Sequence record: OR424388.1
Strand: one strand, 5' to 3'
Length of the DNA: 64,000 nucleotides
Source: Escherichia phage HEMP5
The number at the start of each line of letters is the position of its first letter. The stretch's first letter is position 1. Under the pieces are notes generated by a model. The model did no database searches, had not been told where the DNA came from, and worked only from the letters and a program-made list of their open reading frames with translations. Below, in pieces: positions 19,581 through 27,620 of this stretch. A program made the translations under genes and the position numbers.

Positions 19581-20225
19581 ACCAGCGGGACGTAATTTAT
19601 TTAAAAGACAAGACAAATCGGAAATCTCATCTTTTTCTAAAACTACCAAATTTTCTAAAGCTTTCCATTTACAAAGATCTCTATCTCTTTTATATCCTTT
19701 GACTTCTATATAAAAATCATAAGTGGGTAAATAAAAATCAGGAAAATAGAGATGTTCTGAACCTTCCCATTCGTAAGGAATTGGCTTTATTTTATTAGTA
19801 TATTTGATATTGTGTTCTTTTAAAAACTTAGCAACTTTTAATTCCCAGGTCCCTTTAAATTTAAACCCGTCAAACTCATATGTTTTTACTCGACCAGAAA
19901 CATTAGAAGCAGAATATGAATCAGGATTATCAAGAACAGCTTGCCGCATTCTTTTAGAATGTGCTTCTTTGCGTTCATTAGACCATACATATCCAGTATT
20001 GGCTTTTCTAAGTTTTTCTCTAGTTTTATCAGAGACTTTTATTTCTTTACCTAGTTCTTTGGCTTTGGTAAATTGATTACTACCTTTAAGACCATAACGA
20101 GGGTTATTAGGGCCGCTCATATCTAATCTATTTGGGTTAGATTTGCACCGTTTTTCATGCTGCTTTAGTGAATTTAAATTTTTACATTCTTTAGAACAAT
20201 ATTGACAAAGCATAATTTTCTCCAT
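19554..20225 (-). CDS. putative nuclease / homing-endonuclease-like protein (223 aa) between tRNA subclusters
   Basis: ORF track; N-terminal Cys/His cluster CQYCSKECKNLNSLKQHEKRC; C-terminal PDF...YIEVKG resembling a PD-(D/E)xK core; last ~9 codons overlap tRNA-Arg. Confidence 0.5.
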   Translation of the reverse strand: MEKIMLCQYCSKECKNLNSLKQHEKRCKSNPNRLDMSGPNNPRYGLKGSNQFTKAKELGKEIKVSDKTREKLRKANTGYVWSNERKEAHSKRMRQAVLDNPDSYSASNVSGRVKTYEFDGFKFKGTWELKVAKFLKEHNIKYTNKIKPIPYEWEGSEHLYFPDFYLPTYDFYIEVKGYKRDRDLCKWKALENLVVLEKDEISDLSCLLNKLRPAGVMDSIRSF

Positions 20226-20282
20226 GAATTTTATATAGATATTTATTCATGGAGAAGTTGACTGCTCTACCTAATCAAAATA

Positions 20283-20356
20283 TGGCCCAGACCAGATTTG
20301 AACTGGTAACCTTTCCCTTATGAGGGGACTGCTGCTAACCATTGAGCTACAGGGCC
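20283..20356 (-). tRNA. tRNA with CAT anticodon (Ile in T4, presumably lysidine-modified)
   Basis: minus-strand GGCCCTGTAGCTCAATGGTTAGC...CTCATAA...GGTTCAAATCTGGTCTGGGCCA. Confidence 0.8.
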
Positions 20357-20361
20357 TTGAT

Positions 20362-20436
20362 ATGCTGATTGACGGAATCGAACCGCCGACCTTCTCATTA
20401 CAAGTGAGTTGCTCTACCTACTAAGCTAAATCAGCA
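20362..20436 (-). tRNA. tRNA-Thr (anticodon TGT)
   Basis: minus-strand TGCTGATTTAGCTTAGTAGGTAGAGCAACTCACTTGTAATGAG...GGTTCGATTCCGTCAATCAGCA. Confidence 0.85.
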
Positions 20437-20440
20437 AAAC

Positions 20441-20531
20441 TGGCGGAGGCGATAGGATTTGAACCTATGAGTCGCCGGAGCGACTGCCGGTTTTCAAGAC
20501 CGGTGCATTAAACCACTCTGCCACGCCTCCA
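20441..20531 (-). tRNA. tRNA-Ser (anticodon TGA, long variable arm)
   Basis: minus-strand TGGAGGCGTGGCAGAGTGGTTTAATGCACCGGTCTTGAAAACCGG...GGTTCAAATCCTATCGCCTCCGCCA. Confidence 0.85.
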
Positions 20532-20532
20532 G

Positions 20533-20606
20533 TCTCCATACAAGGATTTGAACCTTGGACCTCCTGATCCCAAATCAGGCGCTCTACCAAACTGAGCTAC
20601 ACGGAG
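20533..20606 (-). tRNA. tRNA-Pro (anticodon TGG)
   Basis: minus-strand CTCCGTGTAGCTCAGTTTGGTAGAGCGCCTGATTTGGGATCAGG...GGTTCAAATCC. Confidence 0.8.
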
Positions 20607-20615
20607 TAAATTAAA

Positions 20616-20690
<75 letters not shown>

Positions 20691-20695
20691 AAATT

Positions 20696-20782
20696 TGGTG
20701 CGAGAAGTGGGACTCGAACCCACAAGGAAATCATTCCGCAGCATTTTAAGTGCTGTGCCTTTACCAATTTGACCATTCTCGC
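20696..20782 (-). tRNA. tRNA-Leu (anticodon TAA, long variable arm)
   Basis: minus-strand GCGAGAATGGTCAAATTGGTAAAGGCACAGCACTTAAAATGCTG...GGGTTCGAGTCCCACTTCTCGCACCA. Confidence 0.85.
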
Positions 20783-20788
20783 GCTATA

Positions 20789-21421
20789 TTATTTATTACG
20801 TGAAAAAGACTGTTCTATCAATTCTGGACACTTTCGTTCTATCCATTTTCTAGCTTTTTGTGGGCTTATACCTATTATTTTAGCAGCTTTACTAACCCAT
20901 CCAAATTTAGAATAATCGATTTTAACTAATTCTTCGTAAATTTCATCAGTTAAAATCTTTTCATTAATATTTACCAGTAAATGATATAATTTATTATCAT
21001 TAGCAATTTTAATGAATCTTTTATAGTTTCCGCCTTTACTTAAACCTAATGAAGTAATTGCAGATGATATAGTAGCCGAATTTAATAGTGCGTTTAAAAT
21101 TTCTTCATCACTAACATTATAACGCTTTCTATTATTTTTAATATTTTTACCAGCAAAAGTATCAGTTTGCGAATGGCAATTTGGACATAATAATCTTAAA
21201 TTTGATTTAAGATGATTTTTGTTATTTCCATCAATATGGTCTAATTGTAGAACAATATGCTTATTTTGCCATTTTGAAATTTTACAAATTGCGCACTCAT
21301 ATGGAAAAATATTTTCTTTTATTATTTTGTCTTTCAGCTTTCCTGTACTAAAATTTGGATGTTTTCCTTCAAAAATTTCAGCTAATTTAGTATCCATAAT
21401 ATGATTCCCAATTATTAACAA
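20789..21421 (-). CDS. HNH-family homing-endonuclease-like protein (210 aa)
   Basis: CAICKISKW...LQLDHIDGNNKNHLKSNLRLLCPNCHSQTD is a canonical HNH/zinc-finger motif; stop codon 3 nt from tRNA-Leu 5' end. Confidence 0.8.
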   Translation of the reverse strand: MLIIGNHIMDTKLAEIFEGKHPNFSTGKLKDKIIKENIFPYECAICKISKWQNKHIVLQLDHIDGNNKNHLKSNLRLLCPNCHSQTDTFAGKNIKNNRKRYNVSDEEILNALLNSATISSAITSLGLSKGGNYKRFIKIANDNKLYHLLVNINEKILTDEIYEELVKIDYSKFGWVSKAAKIIGISPQKARKWIERKCPELIEQSFSRNK

Positions 21422-21496
21422 AGGCTCTCAAACAAGAACCCTTGATGATAGAGGGTATTAATCAGTGCGGTATGAGTTAATAATAACAAATAATTC

Positions 21497-22012
21497 TTAA
21501 AGCAAATTAAACATTTTAACGGTAGGCAAAACAATTTCTTCTTCTATATAAGAGTATTTAACACTCTCAACTACACGCAAAAAATCATAATCATAATACT
21601 CAGAAGCATTACCTAAAATATTAATAAGTCCTTCAAGCACTTTATTACCATTCACAAAGAATAAGTCAAATACACGTTCTTCATCTTCTTCAGATTTATT
21701 ACCAAGATCAACTTCTATGCGAAAGACCTTTTTAATGAATTCTGGATAAAGCTGGTCTGAGAACAGTCCTTCAACTAAGTATTCATAAATAAAAAGAGAT
21801 TGCTCGCTGAACAAACCATTACCACAATAGCGCTCAATTTTAGTACTAGAATATCTGCTTTTAAACTTCTTTAAAAGATACTGAAATTGTAAGATTTCAT
21901 GCTCTTCTACGCCAAACAGTGTTTTGGTTTTATAGTTGTCACCATCATTTTCCCAGGTAGTGACATCAATTACGTAGCCCTGCGGAATTGTAGTACCTAA
22001 ACAAATATTCAT
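21497..22012 (-). CDS. hypothetical protein (171 aa), acidic
   Basis: ORF track; tightly packed with the next two genes. Confidence 0.55.
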   Translation of the reverse strand: MNICLGTTIPQGYVIDVTTWENDGDNYKTKTLFGVEEHEILQFQYLLKKFKSRYSSTKIERYCGNGLFSEQSLFIYEYLVEGLFSDQLYPEFIKKVFRIEVDLGNKSEEDEERVFDLFFVNGNKVLEGLINILGNASEYYDYDFLRVVESVKYSYIEEEIVLPTVKMFNLL

Positions 22013-22015
22013 TTT

Positions 22016-22312
22016 TCACCACGCTGCGTTAATGTAAGTATATTTAATACATTCAAGACCCAAAGGATTCTTGAAAATATCATATTCAAGAGGACCTTTT
22101 TCTGTTTCAATAAAGAAATCAAAATTTACTGTATTAAATTTACGGTCTTCCTTCACTAATTTAACTTGTGAAGATGAACGGTCAATGTAAACCTTTTCAA
22201 CTTCAAAACATGTTAAAATGCCATAATCATCAATCAAGGCTTTAGCTGCTTCTTGATCATATTTATATCCATTTTCAATGGATGATACTTTAGCATAAAG
22301 AATCATTATCAA
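22016..22312 (-). CDS. hypothetical protein (98 aa)
   Basis: ORF track. Confidence 0.55.
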   Translation of the reverse strand: MIMILYAKVSSIENGYKYDQEAAKALIDDYGILTCFEVEKVYIDRSSSQVKLVKEDRKFNTVNFDFFIETEKGPLEYDIFKNPLGLECIKYTYINAAW

Positions 22313-22710
22313 CCTTCATCAACAACAGTATGCGTATTGGCATTTACGATTTGCCACCAATCAAAGCGATTAGAACCATACATCGGTTTGTTTTCATTTT
22401 CTTTGATAATGTCACGGAGTTCATCTTCAGAGAATGCTTTAGCGATTAAATCGGTATACCCACCACGTGGATAATAATTATCACCTGCAAACAAAAGGAA
22501 ATTTACCTTCCCGGAAGGAACATACGCTTCCTTAGGATACTTGTTTCCTGCGTGGTCAACCACTTCAATATAACGGTAAGGAATATCGGTTCTTTCAACC
22601 CATTGCCATGCCGCTGCAGGGGAATCGAAAGCATCTACACCTAAACGATTATCTTCATCTTTAGACGGATTATTTTCGTAATCCGCATATACATAATATT
22701 CAACGTTCAT
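22309..22710 (-). CDS. hypothetical protein (133 aa)
   Basis: ORF track; 4-nt overlap with downstream gene. Confidence 0.55.
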   Translation of the reverse strand: MNVEYYVYADYENNPSKDEDNRLGVDAFDSPAAAWQWVERTDIPYRYIEVVDHAGNKYPKEAYVPSGKVNFLLFAGDNYYPRGGYTDLIAKAFSEDELRDIIKENENKPMYGSNRFDWWQIVNANTHTVVDEG

Positions 22711-22895
22711 TATTCACCTTTAGAAATTTTATCCATAACGATAGCAATTAAACCAATTAAAAATGCTACTACAAGTGAAAAAACATTTTCTGCCGTAGTC
22801 AATAATCCGCATATAAATCCAACAAACATTGAAAAACTGAAAGCGGAAGCAGAAATTGCAATAGCAACATTTCGAATTAATTCACAGCGTTTCAT
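22710..22895 (-). CDS. small membrane protein (61 aa, single/double TM)
   Basis: track ORF 22710..23036 trimmed to ATG 22895 (MKRCELIRNVAIAISASAFSFSMFVGFICGLL...) with GAGGAG RBS downstream of early promoter; longer form would overlap the IP gene. Confidence 0.5.
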   Translation of the reverse strand: MKRCELIRNVAIAISASAFSFSMFVGFICGLLTTAENVFSLVVAFLIGLIAIVMDKISKGE

Positions 22896-22919
22896 TTTAT
22901 TCTCCTCAGTAGTTGATAG

Positions 22920-22953
22920 GGTAATAGTATCACTACCCCATCTAAAAGTAAAT
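22920..22953 (-). promoter_or_regulatory. early-type promoter-like element (ATTTAC -35 variant, GTGATACTATTAC -10 region)
   Basis: -10 region identical to that at 23216..23234. Confidence 0.35.
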
Positions 22954-23187
22954 TTATTTTTTACGAAAAATTGATTTATTTTCTGCTGCCCATTTTTCAA
23001 TAACTGCAGCAGGACCAGTAACAACAATTTTATCACCGTAAACTTCTGCGGCGAGTTGACCGAAATTATCTAATGCATCACGAAGAACTCCATGAGGCAT
23101 TTCACCCATTTTATCTTTCTTGCCGGTGTAAATAAACTCAACTTTTGCATCAGAAGATTCAGCGATAAATTCTTTGAAAGTTTTCAT
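22954..23187 (-). CDS. internal-protein-like small protein with CTS MKTFKEFIAE (~77 aa)
   Basis: track ORF 22954..23199 trimmed to CTS Met; own promoter and leader. Confidence 0.6.
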   Translation of the reverse strand: MKTFKEFIAESSDAKVEFIYTGKKDKMGEMPHGVLRDALDNFGQLAAEVYGDKIVVTGPAAVIEKWAAENKSIFRKK

Positions 23188-23221
23188 TTTAGTTTCCATT
23201 CGATTGTTTTGTTTTGATAGG

Positions 23222-23254
23222 GTAATAGTATCACAACTAAAACCCTATGTAAAC
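23222..23254 (-). promoter_or_regulatory. T4 early-type promoter with conserved leader
   Basis: minus-strand GTTTACATAGGGTTTTAGTTGTGATACTATTACC; 32-nt leader ATGTAAACAACTTTGTGAAATTATTTTAAATC repeated at 23576..23607. Confidence 0.4.
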
Positions 23255-23266
23255 AACTTTGTGAAA

Positions 23267-23524
23267 TTATTTTAAATCTTCTAATCGTTTCTTCATCTTA
23301 GAACCATTTTTAGCAATTTCTCCTGCATCGGAGCATAATGCTAAAAGTGCTTTAACTTTAGTTTGGTCTCCTTTAAAAGATGAAGGATCGACTGCAGCAG
23401 CAAGTTCTTTAATACGAGAGAAAAGACGCTCAGCTTCAGCTAAAGCCATTCCAAGCTTTACTTCCATACCGTGAGAAGATTCAGTGATAGTAGTTTTTGT
23501 AGCAAACTCTTTGAAAGTTTTCAT
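23267..23524 (-). CDS. internal protein (ipI-locus position), 85 aa with CTS MKTFKEF
   Basis: CTS motif; body homologous to the IP at 15222..15503 (shared ...KLG.AL.EAE.L..RI.ELA...KALL..C...EIAKNGS.MK.RLE...). Confidence 0.65.
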   Translation of the reverse strand: MKTFKEFATKTTITESSHGMEVKLGMALAEAERLFSRIKELAAAVDPSSFKGDQTKVKALLALCSDAGEIAKNGSKMKKRLEDLK

Positions 23525-23549
23525 TTTATTTTCCTAATTAATTTTGATG

Positions 23550-23583
23550 AGATAATAGTATCACTATCTCATCAGCATGTAAA
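23550..23583 (-). promoter_or_regulatory. T4 early-type promoter with conserved leader
   Basis: minus-strand GTTTACATGCTGATGAGATAGTGATACTATTATC. Confidence 0.4.
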
Positions 23584-23596
23584 CAACTTTGTGAAA

Positions 23597-24293
<697 letters not shown>

Positions 24294-24294
<1 letters not shown>

Positions 24295-25019
24295 TATAGT
24301 ACCTTTAGTGTATTTTTAATTTTAGAAAAAAGTTCTTCAAGAGAACCATCGTTTGTAATTACTAAATCGCCATCACGAATTGGCAATCCAGCTTCTGTAA
24401 TATGTGTATCATTGGATTTTTGACCAGGACGAACTACATGAATTACTGTAGCACCCATCGCCCTAGCCGCATCCATTTCATGATCTTGACGGGTATCAGG
24501 AACGATATAATAATCATAACCTGAGTTAAATTTATCAAGATAATCTAAAGCAAATAATTTTACCCAGTACATGCGGTCGAAGTTATTAACAATCAAATCC
24601 GTACCTAGGGCTTGCATCAGACGACGGACTGACCATTGATCTTCAATATTATTTATAACGTCAGTAATTTTGTTAAATGCTACGAAATTAACTGATTCTT
24701 TTCCTTCGTCGTCAAAAACAAACACGCCTTTAATCGGGCTTTTACTATTAAGATAGCAAAATGCTTGTTCCATAATCATAATTACTTCTAATTTAGTCAA
24801 ATTCAAATTAGTCTCACGATCATAGTCAATTCCTTCAAACTCTTTACGAGTTAAGCAAGGATAATCATTGTTTGCAGCAAATACACCCCATGCATAAGCC
24901 AATGCATCCTTAATAGGACCAGCAAGTTGATATTTAACTGCAGAATAATTATTCATGATAAAATCTGCAGTAGTATCTTTTCCACTACGCTTTACACCAC
25001 TTAAAAAGATTAGTTTCAT
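24294..25019 (-). CDS. 1: deoxynucleoside monophosphate kinase (gene 1), 241 aa
   Basis: P-loop GVKRSGKDT; size and order 57A-1-3-2-4. Confidence 0.92.
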
Positions 25020-25068
25020 GTGTTTCTCCTCAAATTTAGTTAAGATTATAACACATGAAACTGAAGCA

Positions 25069-25599
25069 TTAAACTTCTGCTATAATTTTGCCATCTTTTT
25101 CTACTTGAAAATACGTATAAGGAATCGTTGCTGTGCATACTAAAGCCGGGTCTGAATCTTCCGTGTAGCTAAATTCTACTTCAGACAGGTCAGAAACCCA
25201 GGGCTTATAAAAATTTATTGACATCACGATTTCAGTTTTACTATTATCTAAAATGTAAAGCGTAATGTATTCAGGACCTGTTTTTTGGGCAGTATTTTCG
25301 CCTGTAAGATAGTTACTAGTTCCTAACATCCATTCATACATTCCTATCCACGACTTAAGTTCTTCATCAACTATAAATCTCACAATGAGTGGATCATACT
25401 CAAATGTAACACCTGGACGTTGTGCTCGACCCAGGCCAAATGGCCCAGTCACGGTATCAGTAACAGGTATTCTAATTCCTGGAATAGGAACTGACTGAGC
25501 ATTTAAAGTAAAAGCAGATGTAGTATTACTATGTGGTATTGATACTACAAAGTTAGTTGTATTTGCTTGGTTAAAAATTTGTTGCAGAGCTTGCGACAT
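25069..25599 (-). CDS. 3: gp3 tail completion / sheath terminator (176 aa)
   Basis: track ORF trimmed to MSQALQQ start giving the T4 gp3 length of 176 aa. Confidence 0.85.
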   Translation of the reverse strand: MSQALQQIFNQANTTNFVVSIPHSNTTSAFTLNAQSVPIPGIRIPVTDTVTGPFGLGRAQRPGVTFEYDPLIVRFIVDEELKSWIGMYEWMLGTSNYLTGENTAQKTGPEYITLYILDNSKTEIVMSINFYKPWVSDLSEVEFSYTEDSDPALVCTATIPYTYFQVEKDGKIIAEV

Positions 25600-25705
25600 A
25601 TATTCCTCATAATGCTTTATAACTGTTGGTGGTATAATGGGTCTAAGTCCCTTCCATTCAATTCCATTTAGAACAAACAACAGAAAAGAATGGAAGATAA
25701 TAGAA

Positions 25706-26530
25706 TTAGATATTTGACCAGACTTTGTTTGCAGAGAAACGTTTTCCTTTTGAAACGAACTGCTGAAGTGGCATCAATACAACGTTCGCCCAGTCTTTCG
25801 GGGCGATTTCAACAAGGCTACCCATAATATTACCAGGTATATATGCCTTAATCATTTGGTCTGCGCCCCTAAATCCTTTCACTTGACTCCAATCAATTTT
25901 TAATTTCGTTTTATTAGTAATAGTAGGTGTATTTGCATATTGCTTTAAAAGCTCTTCTAGGAATTGCTGACGAGCTTTAGGTGGAATATAGTGCAAGTTT
26001 AATCCGTACATTAAGTTATGCTTACCTAAACCAAGATAAATTATCAAAGGAAATTTATCCCAGTAAGGAAGAGTTTCCTTGTGTTTAGCGTCATAAGCAA
26101 AAGCATATATTCGTCCCGGCTGCGGGCGAACAACTTTATGTCCTTTTACTTGCTTAATAGTTTCAGCAAACCATTTTCTGGTTTTATTATTAATTGCTGC
26201 ACCTTCATTACGAATTTTATCACGCAATGTTTGTCTGAATGAATTTATCATAAGCAGTTGTCTTTCTTGCTTATTGAGCTTATTCATTGGTTTTGATTCA
26301 AGCTTTTGAATCTTTTCAGCCGTTTTAATTCCTGAAGCATATTTTGACATTGCCGAAGTAAACGTAGAGTATTTGATTCCTCTTTCTTCAGCAAATTGCT
26401 TTCCTGTCATTCCTTTTGCTTTGGCCTTTTTATATTCAAGACCTATTTGAATCCATTTCTTTTCGTTTAATGATTGCTTAACCTTTGGAACTTGGGGAGT
26501 GCTTTCATTAATTATTTGAAAAATAGCCAT
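25706..26530 (-). CDS. 2: gp2 DNA end-protector protein (274 aa)
   Basis: size, basic composition, position between 3 and 4. Confidence 0.9.
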
Positions 26531-26982
26531 TATGCCCCCTTAAAGCCAAGAGCTCGTAATCCATCTTCTGTTAGAATTCTAAATTTTATTCCACGCTTTT
26601 CAGCTAAAGCTTGCGCTGCTTTCCATTTGTCGGTATTAACGGAATATGTATAAATTTCATTCATAAATCTTTTCTTCGCTGCAGTTGTTAGATGTGCTGG
26701 TTTAACTGGTGGTTGTGTTTCTTTTTTAGGTTTTATTTCAATAAAAAATTCTTGTCCAGAAGAATCTTTCATCCAAATATCCATGAAGTATCTACGTTTT
26801 TTCCCTTCTGCATTACAAAAATAAGGAATTACTGCTGTTTCACTACCCCATGCAATAATTTCTGGATTTTTATCTAACCATTCAAAAAAGAATTTTTCCC
26901 AATTTGATCTATACGTAATTTTTTTAGGGTCACCTCTATATTTTGATATATTTTTAGGAACCCATTTTCCAGAATATGCCAT
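26530..26982 (-). CDS. 4: gp4 head completion protein (150 aa)
   Basis: [30 protein letters not shown]...; size and position. Confidence 0.9.
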
Positions 26983-26993
26983 TGGATTCTCCT

Positions 26994-27001
26994 TATAAAT
27001 A
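26994..27001 (+). promoter_or_regulatory. T4 late promoter TATAAATA for gene 53
   Basis: exact TATAAATA 29 nt upstream of ATG 27030. Confidence 0.6.
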
Positions 27002-27008
27002 GATAATA

Positions 27009-27016
27009 TATTTATA
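27009..27016 (-). promoter_or_regulatory. T4 late promoter TATAAATA (minus strand) for gene 4
   Basis: plus-strand TATTTATA = minus-strand TATAAATA in the divergent 4/53 intergenic region. Confidence 0.5.
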
Positions 27017-27029
27017 AACAGGAGGGCCC

Positions 27030-27620
27030 ATGCTCTTTACATTTTTTGATCCGATTGAATATGCGGCCAAAACGGTGAATAAAAACGCGCCGACTATTCC
27101 TATGACAGATATTTTTAGAAACTATAAAGACTATTTTAAACGCGCTCTTGCGGGATACCGCTTACGTACTTATTATATCAAAGGTTCACCACGCCCGGAA
27201 GAATTAGCAAATACTATATATGGAAATCCACAGTTGTATTGGGTTTTATTGATGTGTAATGATAATTATGACCCGTATTATGGATGGATTACTTCACAAG
27301 AAGCAGCTTATCAAGCATCTATACAAAAATACAAAAATGTAGGTGGAGACCAAATAGTATATCATGTGAATGAGAACGGTGAAAAATTTTATAATTTAAT
27401 ATCATACGATGATAATCCATATGTTTGGTATGATAAAGGTGATAAAGCTAGAAAATATCCTCAATATGAAGGAGCACTTGCTGCTGTTAATACGTATGAA
27501 GATGCTGTTCTTGAAAATGAAAAACTTCGTCAAATAAAAATAATAGCAAAATCAGACATTAATTCATTTATGAACGACCTTATACGTATAATGGAGAAAT
27601 CTTATGGAAATGATAAGTAA
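27030..27620 (+). CDS. 53: gp53 baseplate wedge protein (196 aa)
   Basis: size/order; ORF track. Confidence 0.92.
   Translation: MLFTFFDPIEYAAKTVNKNAPTIPMTDIFRNYKDYFKRALAGYRLRTYYIKGSPRPEELANTIYGNPQLYWVLLMCNDNYDPYYGWITSQEAAYQASIQKYKNVGGDQIVYHVNENGEKFYNLISYDDNPYVWYDKGDKARKYPQYEGALAAVNTYEDAVLENEKLRQIKIIAKSDINSFMNDLIRIMEKSYGNDK

Noticed and set aside
20226-20282. Palindrome CCATGAAT...ATTCATGG with a near late-promoter motif at the start of the nuclease-like ORF
   Set aside because: The motif is TATAAAA/TAAATA rather than exact TATAAATA; treated only as a possible RBS-sequestering hairpin, not annotated as a promoter.
22896-23036. Long form (108 aa) of the small membrane protein ORF overlapping the IP gene
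   Set aside because: It would overlap the upstream IP gene by about 80 nt and read through the promoter; the internal ATG at 22895 with a GAGGAG RBS is preferred.
25600-25680. 27-codon N-terminal extension of gp3 (track start 25680)
   Set aside because: The internal Met gives exactly the 176-aa T4 gp3 length; the extension is probably intergenic.
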